Shown here in pieces: positions 43,357 through 52,478 of a DNA stretch of 64,000 bases; position 1 is the stretch's first letter; the number at the start of each line of letters is the position of its first letter. The notes under the pieces are model-generated. The model saw nothing but the letters and a program-made list of their open reading frames with translations. It was not told the origin of the DNA and did not search any database. The stretch lies in assembly GCA_002433065.1 (NCBI GenBank), contig DJHK01000005.1:723-64722 (forward strand). Direction: 5' to 3'. This stretch comes from Chloroflexi bacterium UBA6622 (GTDB lineage: Bacteria; Chloroflexota; UBA11872). The position numbers were made by a program, and so were the translations under genes.

Positions 43357-44622
43357 TTGTATATGAATGCTGACCTTCCGAAGATGTCTCTGGTCCGCCA
43401 GTCGTTCGATTCAAGCGAGATCCCCGACCTTGGAACTCGATTGCGTGAAGGGCTCCGCAAGCAGCTTTCGAGGGATCCACTGCCGGTTGGGTCAACTGTT
43501 GCTATCGGGGTGGGTTCTCGAGGTGTTTCACCTGTCGTAGAGGTGGTGCAGGTGCTTGTCCAGGAATTGGAAGCCGCTCAACTCCACCCCTTCATCGTGC
43601 CTGCCATGGGTAGTCATGGTGGAGCCACGGCACAGGGTCAGGCGACCGTTCTTAGGGACTACGGAGTTTGTGAAGACTCTGTTGGGGCGCCTATTCGAGC
43701 GACGATGGATACGGTGGAACTCGGACGGACTTCCGATGGCATTACGGTACATCTCGATGCGGCGGCTGCTAGTGCCGAGCGTGTGATCGTGATTGGTCGG
43801 GTTAAACCCCACACGGGTTTTCGGGGTCCTATTGAGAGTGGTTTGTGCAAGATGAGTGTTGTCGGTCTCGGTAATCGAAAGGGGGCTGAGTCGATTCATG
43901 CGCATCCGCTTGCGACAGCTATTCCTTCAGCGGCCCGGGTTGCTGCTGAGTCTGGTCACTTCTTGTGTGGGATTGCGCTGGTTGAGAATGCTTTCGATCG
44001 GCCCGCGTGTGTGCGAGTGGTCTGTCCGTCGGCCTTCCATTCGACTGATGAGACGCTTTTGAAAACTGCTGCGAAATTATTGCCACGTCTTCCGGTCGAC
44101 CAGCTTGATGGATTGCTAGTCGATCGTATGGGCAAAAACATTTCGGGTTCTGGTTTGGACCCCAACGTTGTGGGCATGTGGCGTCGATTTCGGGAGCTTG
44201 AACGGACCCCGGATTTTGGTTGGCTAGCGGTGCTGGGCCTTACTCCGGAATCACATGGCAATGCGGTTGGGATGGGCCTTGCGGATCTTTGTAGTCAGAA
44301 ATTAATCAGTGCGATTGATTATGAGGTGGTGGCCATGAACATTCTTACCGCTATGGCGCTCGATGCCGCCAAGACGCCACTTGCGCTCCCGACCGATCAG
44401 GCGTGCTTTGATGTGATCTGCGGACTCGCCCGACGACGTGTGGACCGTCCTCTTCGGCTCGGTCGGATTAAAAACACGCTTGAATTAGAGACATTCTGGG
44501 TCAGTGATGCCGTCTTGGACGATCTGCCTCTCAGGTGTGAGGTTGTTCCCGCACGTGTGCCTTTTGGTTTTCAGCGTGACGGGATGATTCTGGAAACTGA
44601 TGCATTCGAGGTCAGCGAGTAG
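43357..44622 (+). CDS. Lactate-racemase-N-terminal-domain-like (DUF2088) protein
   Basis: 421 aa (the ATG at 43363 may be the true start). 'VAIGVGSRG', 'IVPAMGSHGGATAQGQ' and 'VIGRVKPHTGF' resemble DUF2088/LarA-N family members as I remember them. Not verified. Confidence 0.4.
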   Translation: MYMNADLPKMSLVRQSFDSSEIPDLGTRLREGLRKQLSRDPLPVGSTVAIGVGSRGVSPVVEVVQVLVQELEAAQLHPFIVPAMGSHGGATAQGQATVLRDYGVCEDSVGAPIRATMDTVELGRTSDGITVHLDAAAASAERVIVIGRVKPHTGFRGPIESGLCKMSVVGLGNRKGAESIHAHPLATAIPSAARVAAESGHFLCGIALVENAFDRPACVRVVCPSAFHSTDETLLKTAAKLLPRLPVDQLDGLLVDRMGKNISGSGLDPNVVGMWRRFRELERTPDFGWLAVLGLTPESHGNAVGMGLADLCSQKLISAIDYEVVAMNILTAMALDAAKTPLALPTDQACFDVICGLARRRVDRPLRLGRIKNTLELETFWVSDAVLDDLPLRCEVVPARVPFGFQRDGMILETDAFEVSE

Positions 44623-44654
44623 TTGGTGGAACGGTCTTTAGGGGTTTTGGTGTT

Positions 44655-45833
44655 GTGACACGTCGTCTCCCGGCTGTCGTTCTACTGACCATGCCGTTTT
44701 ACCTCAGTTTTGGAATTGTGCTTGGGCTTCCGGGGCCTTCACTTGAGGCCATTCGATCCGAGTTTGAAATTAATTACATGGTCGGAAGCTTTGTTTTCTT
44801 GGTGCCAGCACTTGGTTATATCGTCGGGTCTCTCGTCGGTGGACCGATGGCCGATCGTTTCGGGCGTCGCGTCATTCTGAACATTTCGAGCGTGATGCTG
44901 GGTGGAGGTTTGGCGCTGTGCGGTGTGTCTCCGGAGCTAAGAGTGTTCGTGGCAAGCGCACTGTTATATGGCGTTGGTTTTGGCTTGATGGAGCCCGCTC
45001 TCACGGCGATTATCAGTGATGCGGTGTCCGATTCGGCCGGGCGGATGCTTGTGCTGGCTCAGGTTCCGTTTGGAATCGGTGCGCTGCTCGCGCCACTTCT
45101 TGTCGGTGCGTTTTTGTTGGTTCCGATAGGTTGGCGTGGCTCGTATCTGGTAGCGGCCCTGTTGGTCGGTGTGGCCGCTCTCACAGCTAGTCGTGGCAGG
45201 TTTCCTATGCCTATGTCGAGCGAGACAACGCTTCGGGCACTTGTTCACTCTGCGGCACGTCCAGTCCCAGTGTTACTGGGTGCTGTCGTCGCCATGTATT
45301 TTGGAATGCAGATCGGTTTTGGGGGTTTTCTAGCTGCGCATCTGGAGCATAACCTGATGTTCGATCGTCCACTGGCAGCGACAGCGGTGGCGGTGTACTG
45401 GGGGGGCTTGCCGTTAGGTCGTGTGGCCGGGGTTTGGATATCCGGTCGCATCGGCCCGTATACGCTTGCTGCGGGGAGTTTGCTGCTTGCCCTGATCCCG
45501 GCGCTCGTTGTTGCGGTCACACCTTCCGCATTGGTGCTTCTCCTCGCTGTTGCGTTTTCTGGCGTGGCTATTGGCCCGTTGTTTCCCATAGTCGTGGGAA
45601 TCGGTGTTAGGTATGCCCCTGGGGCGGCGGCATCAACAACCGGGCTTATCATGGCTTTGGGGAGCGTTGGCACGTTAACGCTGTCGCTGCTTACTGGCTC
45701 CGTTGCTGACGTGCTGTCGGTTCAGGCAGCTATCGGGCTTGTTCCCATGTTTCTTGCTGCGGGTTTGATGCTCCTGATGATCGGCAGGGCCCGGCATGTT
45801 GCTGAACTGTCAGCGAAGCGTTCAAGCATATGA
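44655..45833 (+). CDS. MFS transporter
   Basis: 392 aa, about 12 TM. 'GGPMADRFGRR' is the MFS loop 2-3 motif. Confidence 0.8.
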   Translation: MTRRLPAVVLLTMPFYLSFGIVLGLPGPSLEAIRSEFEINYMVGSFVFLVPALGYIVGSLVGGPMADRFGRRVILNISSVMLGGGLALCGVSPELRVFVASALLYGVGFGLMEPALTAIISDAVSDSAGRMLVLAQVPFGIGALLAPLLVGAFLLVPIGWRGSYLVAALLVGVAALTASRGRFPMPMSSETTLRALVHSAARPVPVLLGAVVAMYFGMQIGFGGFLAAHLEHNLMFDRPLAATAVAVYWGGLPLGRVAGVWISGRIGPYTLAAGSLLLALIPALVVAVTPSALVLLLAVAFSGVAIGPLFPIVVGIGVRYAPGAAASTTGLIMALGSVGTLTLSLLTGSVADVLSVQAAIGLVPMFLAAGLMLLMIGRARHVAELSAKRSSI

Positions 45834-47032
45834 TCGATGATGGTCGACGCGGGATATTCTTCGCATCCACGTGGTTCTACGTGGCGTTCGGTGTGGCCCT
45901 TAGTGTTGTGGGGCCGGCGGTCGAAGCCATCCGAGACGAATTCAATGTTTCGTACGCAGATCTCGGTTTTTCGTTCACCACGTGGGGGGTCGGATTTATC
46001 TTTGGGTCGCTCGTTGGTGGCACAGCTTCTGATCGTTGGGGCCGTCGGTCAACGCTGCTTCTTACGGCGGCTGCAGGCGCGTTGGCATTGGCCTGGCTGG
46101 GTGTTAGTCGGGGGTTTGCTGTGTTTTTAGTGGCCTGCCTCTTTTCTGGCATGGCACTTGGTTCGGGTGACGGCACCGTGTCAGCTCTGATTGCGGACGC
46201 TTTTCCGCAAGAGACCGGACGGGCCTTAAACCTTGTCCATATCGCGGTGGCGCTTGGCGCTATTTTGGGGCCCGCTGTGGTGGCCGCGACACTTGCTGTT
46301 TTTGATTCCTGGCGGCTTGCGATTGTTGGTGGTGCGGTCTTGATGGCGACCTCTGTCGTTCCGTTTTCACTGCTGAGATACCCTGCTCGTTCGTCAGAGG
46401 CTGTGGCGTGGCCTGAGATTGGACGTGCCATGGCCGATCCTGTGCCACTGTCTCTTGGCATCGTGCTCGCGTTTTACGTCGGGGCCGAAATCGGTTTTGC
46501 TGGGTTTGGTGCGGCCTTCATTGAACAAACATTTCATATAGAACGTGGAATCTCAGCTGTTTCAATTTCAGTGTTTTGGATCGGCCAAATGGTCGGCCGT
46601 GTCATCGCAGCTCGGTTGGCCGATCGTTGGGCCGTGGAACGAATGGTTCGGTGGGCACTCGTTTCCGGAATCCTCGTTTCAATTCTGTGTGCGGTTGGCC
46701 CGACCGTTCACGTGGTGCTGCTTGGATACCTACTCTCGGGAACAGTTCTCGCTGCTGTGTTTCCTACGGTCCTTGGGATTGGATTCGTGCGCCGTCCGCA
46801 CATAGCGGGCGTGGTGGCGGGCGTGGTCGTGGCATTCGCAGGTATTGGTAGTTCGGCGTTCGGGCCAGCGATTGGTTGGATCACCGATGTTTTTGGTTTC
46901 CGTGCCGGGATGTTATTGGTTCCAATTTTTCTTGTAGGCGCGCTTCTAGTCTTTCAGGTTGCGTGGCGAATACGACCGCACAACAATGGTCCGGGCCAGA
47001 ATGAAGAATCGCAGAGGATGTTTTCCGGGTGA
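45830..47032 (+). CDS. MFS transporter (paralog of the upstream gene)
   Basis: 400 aa. 'GGTASDRWGRR', with an N-terminal pattern similar to the upstream gene ('EAIRDEFNVSY' against 'EAIRSEFEINY'). ATGA overlap. Confidence 0.8.
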   Translation: MIDDGRRGIFFASTWFYVAFGVALSVVGPAVEAIRDEFNVSYADLGFSFTTWGVGFIFGSLVGGTASDRWGRRSTLLLTAAAGALALAWLGVSRGFAVFLVACLFSGMALGSGDGTVSALIADAFPQETGRALNLVHIAVALGAILGPAVVAATLAVFDSWRLAIVGGAVLMATSVVPFSLLRYPARSSEAVAWPEIGRAMADPVPLSLGIVLAFYVGAEIGFAGFGAAFIEQTFHIERGISAVSISVFWIGQMVGRVIAARLADRWAVERMVRWALVSGILVSILCAVGPTVHVVLLGYLLSGTVLAAVFPTVLGIGFVRRPHIAGVVAGVVVAFAGIGSSAFGPAIGWITDVFGFRAGMLLVPIFLVGALLVFQVAWRIRPHNNGPGQNEESQRMFSG

Positions 47033-48003
47033 CGGGTGACGCCGGCAGAGTTATTGCTGTTGATCTCGGGGGGACAAATATTCGTGTTGCTTTGGTAGAT
47101 ACGAATGGTGGGACGACAGGGTTTGTGGCTACTCCGACTGGCGCAGCAGAAGGACCAGGGGCTGTTGTGTCGCGAATACTGCTTATGATCCGTGATTCCC
47201 TTGCGGCAGCGCAGATGGATGCTTCAGAGGTTCTCGCAGTGGGCATCGGGTCTCCGGGTCCACTTGATCGTATTTCTGGAGTTATTCACGAAGCACCTAA
47301 CCTTCCGGGTTGGACTAACGTGCGATTGGCTGACCGGATAGCTGAACAGGTGAAGCTACCGGTGTTTCTTGAAAACGATGCGAATGCTGCGGCATTAGCC
47401 GAATTTTCATATGGCGAAAATCGTGGCACTGACAACATGCTTTACATAACAGTAAGCACGGGTGTGGGTGGTGGGCTCATCCTAGGCGGAAAACTGTGGC
47501 ATGGCGTGTATGGAAGCGCGGGCGAATTTGGGCACATGACTGTTGATTTTGAGGGGCCTCTGTGCGACTGCGGTAACCGTGGTTGTATTGAAAAGATTTC
47601 CTCTGGCCCAGATGTGGCCGACTGGTCTATCGAGCAGGTTAGGTCGGGGGCAAAAAGTGTGCTTAGCGCTCGTATGGAAAGTGGCCCTCTGAGTGGACGT
47701 GATGTTGTGGAGGCGGCGGCGAAAGATGACTCGTTGGCTGTCGCGGCGCTCGGTCGTGCCGGTCGTGCTGTTGGCTTCGGCATCGTCAATGTTGCCCATT
47801 TACTTAACCTTGATTTGGCAGTGGTTGGGGGAGGGATGGCCAACGCAGGCGCTATGCTTTTGGATCCCATAAAGACAACTGTGACGACACATTTGCTAGC
47901 CAGTACGGGCCCCTCTCTTCGTGTAGTTCCGTGGTCTCTTGGTGAGGATGTGGGTGTTCTCGGTGCTGCGGCCTCTGCACGTGCCCGGATGGCAGGTCTC
48001 TAG
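47029..48003 (+). CDS. ROK-family sugar kinase (glucokinase-like)
   Basis: 324 aa. 'AVDLGGTNIRVALV', 'ENDANAAALAE' and the ROK zinc motif 'CDCGNRGCIEKISSG'. GTGA overlap with the MFS gene. Confidence 0.85.
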   Translation: MTGDAGRVIAVDLGGTNIRVALVDTNGGTTGFVATPTGAAEGPGAVVSRILLMIRDSLAAAQMDASEVLAVGIGSPGPLDRISGVIHEAPNLPGWTNVRLADRIAEQVKLPVFLENDANAAALAEFSYGENRGTDNMLYITVSTGVGGGLILGGKLWHGVYGSAGEFGHMTVDFEGPLCDCGNRGCIEKISSGPDVADWSIEQVRSGAKSVLSARMESGPLSGRDVVEAAAKDDSLAVAALGRAGRAVGFGIVNVAHLLNLDLAVVGGGMANAGAMLLDPIKTTVTTHLLASTGPSLRVVPWSLGEDVGVLGAAASARARMAGL

Positions 48004-48112
48004 CGGCACGATTGTTTGTTTGGGCGATTCTGAATATCTTCCGACATCTGTTCAAGCTTGTATTTTCTTAGGCTTCCACAGTTTTCGTTGGGATGTGTTG
48101 GGCGGCTGATGG

Positions 48113-49756
48113 CTAGTTTGATGCTGCAATCTTTACCTTCCTAAGATCGATTGCTCCGCTTACTGGGTTGATGTCGAAACTGGTGACTATGGGCCTAATT
48201 AGGAATGCCGATGCGAAATTGGCAATCGGAATCGCTGGAGATTCCATGTTCAGAATGGTGTCAGCGGCCAAGTATGCGTTGTGCCGGTTTGTTCCGGTGG
48301 TGGTGGATGCAATATTCAACTGGTTGTCGAACTCGGCGTTTGCCCAGCCTGAGCCAAATCGATCAACGTCGGAATTCCAGATCTCGTCGTACCAGGCTTT
48401 TGGGTGCCTGTACGTCGAATTCCATGTCGCCTGATAGCCGTCGAATTCGGGCTTGTTGGATGTGAAGGAACGAAAAGCAGCCCAATCTCGAGCGTCGGGT
48501 TCGACGTGAAGGCCGAGAGACGTTTGCCATTGTCGCGCCAGTTCTTCTGTGATTCGGTCTCCCTGGTCTGTTTGGTGATACGTCAGTTGAAGCGTCGGCA
48601 GTCGATTGCGTCCGGTAAATCCAGCGTTGGCTAAAAGCCTACGAGCGGCATCAATATTGGGTGGATCCGTATTTGGATTGCTGAGCACTGTGCTTGGTAC
48701 TAGGCGAGTGCTCGGAAGGGCGATCTGATCAAAGGCTGTGGCTATGAGTTGTTTGCGATCGAGGGCTAACGAAAGGGCGAGCCGGATCCTCGGTAAATGC
48801 CACGGAGGCTTGCGAGTGTTCAGGACGATAAACCATGACCCTGTCCGTTCGTATAGGTGGAGGAGTGGGGCTAGATCCCTTGTCGCTTTTGCGGCGACGT
48901 ACGCGGCCGGGCTCATTTCGGCCACGTGGGCACGCCCTGTGCGAAAGGCTGTAGTGAGATCAGTGTTGCTATCTGGGAACCTAATAACTACATCTCGAAA
49001 CAAGGCTGGAGGTCCCGTGTAGTGGGTGTTGGGATGGAGGCTTATCCCTCGGCCCTTGTCCCATTGGACAAGCTTGTAAGCACCATTTCCGCGGATGTTT
49101 CCCGGTTTGGTCCAATAGGCGCCCATCCCCTCAATTTCTCCCCGGGGCAACGGCATGTAGGGCGATGTACCTGTCCGAGAGAGGAAGCTCGGATCCTTGT
49201 GGGTGAGTTGGGCAGTGATCAGGTGTTTCTCGGTAGCCGAGATCCCGAGCTGTTTTGGGTCCTTGCCTATCTTTGCGAAGTCCTGTGCGCCAGCAATTGG
49301 AAAGAACAGATCTCTTAACGTGGCTCCGAATTCTGGGCTTAGATTTCGTTTCCATGCCCACGTGAAGTCTTCTGCAGTGACGACTTCACCCGTTGTCCAT
49401 CGTCGGTCTTTGTACAAACTGAAACGGTAAACCTGTCCGTCAGTAGACACTTCCCAGGATTTGGCTGCCCCTGGTCGAATCGACCCATTGCTCGTTGAAT
49501 GGATAAGAGGTTCGAAGAGCGCCTCTGTAACCGTGGCTTCATGGGGGTGGGTGACCAATCCCGGGTCGATGGTGGTGGGTTCTTGGAGCAGGAGTTCGAG
49601 GCGTCCCTGTGGTGTGTGATGCGTTGACCTGATGGCGTCACAAGCGGTTAGGTGCCCGATTGTGAGCGATGTGCAGAGGCCTCGGATGACCGATCGTCGC
49701 GTTAAGAGGCGGGCTCTACTCAACAAGCGAGATCTCTGTAAACCATTCACGAACAC
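48113..49756 (-). CDS. ABC transporter substrate-binding protein, family 5 (peptide/nickel/oligosaccharide type)
   Basis: 547 aa. Family-5 SBP pattern ('W.VS.DG..Y.F.L..D..W..GE.VTAEDF..AW'). The N-terminus 'LLTRRSVIRGLCTSLTIGHLTAC' looks like a Tat/lipoprotein signal with an L-T-A-C lipobox. Confidence 0.75.
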   Translation of the reverse strand: MFVNGLQRSRLLSRARLLTRRSVIRGLCTSLTIGHLTACDAIRSTHHTPQGRLELLLQEPTTIDPGLVTHPHEATVTEALFEPLIHSTSNGSIRPGAAKSWEVSTDGQVYRFSLYKDRRWTTGEVVTAEDFTWAWKRNLSPEFGATLRDLFFPIAGAQDFAKIGKDPKQLGISATEKHLITAQLTHKDPSFLSRTGTSPYMPLPRGEIEGMGAYWTKPGNIRGNGAYKLVQWDKGRGISLHPNTHYTGPPALFRDVVIRFPDSNTDLTTAFRTGRAHVAEMSPAAYVAAKATRDLAPLLHLYERTGSWFIVLNTRKPPWHLPRIRLALSLALDRKQLIATAFDQIALPSTRLVPSTVLSNPNTDPPNIDAARRLLANAGFTGRNRLPTLQLTYHQTDQGDRITEELARQWQTSLGLHVEPDARDWAAFRSFTSNKPEFDGYQATWNSTYRHPKAWYDEIWNSDVDRFGSGWANAEFDNQLNIASTTTGTNRHNAYLAADTILNMESPAIPIANFASAFLIRPIVTSFDINPVSGAIDLRKVKIAASN

Positions 49757-51347
49757 AAGGTTCTCCGTGGTACCCCCTAACCCATGGCTGAACGAGGGCG
49801 TGATTGACCGGAAAAGTGATTGGGATTACCACGGCTTCGGAAATGACGAGGGTCTCAACTTGCGCATACGCGTGCAGTCGCATTTTTTCAGACACAGCAG
49901 CTCGGGCCATGGCAAGGAGCCCGTCTACCTTCGGGTCTTGAAGTCGAAACTTGTTTTCTGGCCTGTCCGAATGGAAGAGGACATCTAGGAAATTAAAGGG
50001 GTCGGGGAAATCTGCGATCCATCCGGATTCGAATAGCTGATGGGTATGGTCGGGGTTTTCCAGAGCTTGCATGTCTGCAGGCCAATCCCACAGTTCGACA
50101 TTTGTTGTGATGCCCAATTGTTCCTGCCATTGTTCGGTGATGGCTCGGGTCACGCTGTTGGCGAGTATTCCAGGGCCATGGGTGATCAGAGTTATTGGGG
50201 GCAGAGCACTTGCTCGGCGATAGGTCGATTTACGCAACTCGGTGTGGGCCGCGGAGATGTCGAGTCCAAGGCCTCGGAAATCGGGCCGGTATCCTGAAAG
50301 GCCGGGTGGGAGCATTCCATACGCCTCGAGACTCGTGTCTTTCAGTGTCACCCGGTTTATTCGCCTGCGATCGATAGACATGGCTAGGGCGCGGCGGACA
50401 TGGACGTCTTCAAATGGGGGCACGGCTACGTTAAGGCCCAGATAAACGACCCCTAGCTCCGGACTGCTATGGAGGTGGGGGTGAAAGGGCTCACGCTCGT
50501 CACGGAATCGTGCGACATCTGCCCCGCCGATGTAGGCAATATCAAGAGCTCCCTGCTCGTAACGAAGCAGGCCCTCGCCTGCATCGAGTTGATGGAGCTT
50601 CACCCGTGGAGGGCCAACGCTAAGCCAAGGAGAAGTCGAGGCTCGATCCAACAGGATTTCGTTGTTTGACCATGAACTGAGTTTGTATGGACCTGATCCA
50701 TTAGGTTTTTTCCACCAGTCGGGTCCATGGGCCAGATCGTCGTCATCGATGATTAAAGAGGGTGCACTGGTTAGTTGGGCTGGGAAAACCCTGGATGGTT
50801 CTGAAAGGGTGACGCGGAGTGTTAATTGATTTTCGACTTGGACGCCTTTGAGTTTGTTGGTCCGGCCATTAATTACGTCGCTTGCGCCGAGTATGTCGCC
50901 AAGGTATGTGCGGGCTAAGTGAGAATTTGTGCTTGGGGCTAGGGCTCGCTCCCACGACGCCTTGACGTGATGGGCGGTGATTCGCGTCTGGTTGTGAAAT
51001 ACAGCTTCGGGACGTAGGCGAAAGGAGTAGTGGCGGCCGTCAACGCTGGTATTCCACCCTGATGCTATATCCGGTTCGACCGCCAGGTCCGGACCAATTC
51101 GGGTGAGACCGCTAAATATCTCAGCAGCCACATGCGCAGACTCGGCATCTCTCGTGTGAGCCGGATCCAAGACGCCCGGTTTGTAGATTTCGAGACGGAG
51201 GCTTCGGTTAAGCCCGGACTCCACTGTAGGTCGGGGTAGTGTATGGGTCTTTGTGGAACGAGCGGATGCGGAGGTAAGCGTTATGGTGCTAGTCATTGCC
51301 GCAGCAAGACCCAGGATCGACCGACGGCTGCGCCGTGGTCGATCCAT
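49716..51347 (-). CDS. ABC transporter substrate-binding protein, family 5
   Basis: 543 aa. The N-terminus 'RRSRRSILGLAAAMTSTITLTSASA' is twin-arginine-like. 'W..S.DGR.YSF.LR....FHN...ITA..V' is the family-5 pattern. Confidence 0.75.
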   Translation of the reverse strand: MDRPRRSRRSILGLAAAMTSTITLTSASARSTKTHTLPRPTVESGLNRSLRLEIYKPGVLDPAHTRDAESAHVAAEIFSGLTRIGPDLAVEPDIASGWNTSVDGRHYSFRLRPEAVFHNQTRITAHHVKASWERALAPSTNSHLARTYLGDILGASDVINGRTNKLKGVQVENQLTLRVTLSEPSRVFPAQLTSAPSLIIDDDDLAHGPDWWKKPNGSGPYKLSSWSNNEILLDRASTSPWLSVGPPRVKLHQLDAGEGLLRYEQGALDIAYIGGADVARFRDEREPFHPHLHSSPELGVVYLGLNVAVPPFEDVHVRRALAMSIDRRRINRVTLKDTSLEAYGMLPPGLSGYRPDFRGLGLDISAAHTELRKSTYRRASALPPITLITHGPGILANSVTRAITEQWQEQLGITTNVELWDWPADMQALENPDHTHQLFESGWIADFPDPFNFLDVLFHSDRPENKFRLQDPKVDGLLAMARAAVSEKMRLHAYAQVETLVISEAVVIPITFPVNHALVQPWVRGYHGEPCVREWFTEISLVE

Positions 51348-51348
51348 C

Positions 51349-51831
51349 TTATTCGCCGCTGTCTTCGGGGCCTTTGCGGTTCAGGATTTCTTCTGCTCGA
51401 AGCATCACGGTTCGCTCATTCGCATGGTGGAGGAGTCGTACCGCATCAGCTACCGGGATCCACCGCGCTTCTACGTGTTCTGAGGGATCGGGTCGTATAT
51501 TTCCTCCAGTTGTCCGCAATAGGTATTGGTGAACAACTTTCGGGACGAACCCTGTCCATAGATCCGGTCGGACTTCGTAGCGGATCTTGCCTAGATCTTC
51601 TTCTACTTCGCCTTCGATGCCGGTTTCTTCGAGGATTTCACGAATCGCAGCGGCTTCTGGATCCTCTTCACGCTCAACCGCACCTTTTGGTAGAACCCAT
51701 GCGCCGCGCTGTGTTTGGACCACTGCTACTTGCATCACACCATTCTTCTCACGGTAGACAACCCCTCCCGAAGACTCAAGAAATGGTTCCTCGCTCGGTG
51801 TTGCTTCTACTGCTTCAACTTCATCGCTCAT
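51349..51831 (-). CDS. NUDIX hydrolase
   Basis: 160 aa. Nudix box 'LPKGAVEREEDPEAAAIREILEETGI' (GX5EX7REUXEEXGU). Confidence 0.85.
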   Translation of the reverse strand: MSDEVEAVEATPSEEPFLESSGGVVYREKNGVMQVAVVQTQRGAWVLPKGAVEREEDPEAAAIREILEETGIEGEVEEDLGKIRYEVRPDLWTGFVPKVVHQYLLRTTGGNIRPDPSEHVEARWIPVADAVRLLHHANERTVMLRAEEILNRKGPEDSGE

Positions 51832-51863
51832 TGGTATGCTCCTCCCTGTACCACTATCGATGG

Positions 51864-52427
51864 CTAGCCAAAGCCTAGATGAGATCGGCTTGGGGTTGAT
51901 TCAGGCTGGTCTTGATACTTACTGTTTAGTCCGTCTGTGCCATAAGGCTTGATAGCCGGATTGGTGAGCTGCATCACCGATAACTGACCGATTCTCATGC
52001 CGGGCCACAGCAGGATTGGAAGATTGGCATGGTTCGAGAGTTCTAGGGTGAGTTTTCCTCGAAAGCCAGGATCGACGTAGCCTGCCGTACTGTGGACCAT
52101 TAATCCTAAGCGACCCAGGGAACTCTTGCCTTCAATTCTGCCAACAAGGTCTGCAGCCATCTGGATCGTTTCTATCGTTCCACCTAGTACGAAGTCGCCG
52201 GGATGTAGAACGAACTTTCCATCAGCTGCTACATGGACTTCTTCTGTTAGATCCGGTTGCTCAAGCTTTGGGTCGATATGGGTCTCCGTTTGATTAACGA
52301 ACACCCTGAACATTCTTCCAAGTCGCAAGTCGATGCTTGACGGTTGGATGGCGGAGGCATCAAAAGGCTCAACCATAAGTCGGCCTGTCGCAATTGCTTT
52401 GCTCAAATCCTGATCGCTAAGGACCAC
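51864..52427 (-). CDS. dcd: dCTP deaminase
   Basis: 187 aa. 'PSSIDLRLG', 'IEGKSSLGRLGL', 'HSTAGYVDPGFRG.LTLEL.N' and 'G.RIGQL' are classical Dcd motifs. Confidence 0.88.
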   Translation of the reverse strand: MVLSDQDLSKAIATGRLMVEPFDASAIQPSSIDLRLGRMFRVFVNQTETHIDPKLEQPDLTEEVHVAADGKFVLHPGDFVLGGTIETIQMAADLVGRIEGKSSLGRLGLMVHSTAGYVDPGFRGKLTLELSNHANLPILLWPGMRIGQLSVMQLTNPAIKPYGTDGLNSKYQDQPESTPSRSHLGFG

Positions 52428-52478
52428 CAGCTACCCCTTCCACGGAAGACGTCCATGCTACCGTACGGCGGCTGACTA

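Noticed and set aside
51349-52427. A NUDIX hydrolase next to a dCTP deaminase, considered as a possible nucleotide-depletion anti-phage module.
   Set aside because: The Dcd is a normal-length housekeeping enzyme with all canonical motifs and no extra domains. The NUDIX protein is a minimal single-domain enzyme. No other defence-island hallmarks lie nearby (no mobile genes and no compositional break that I can see).
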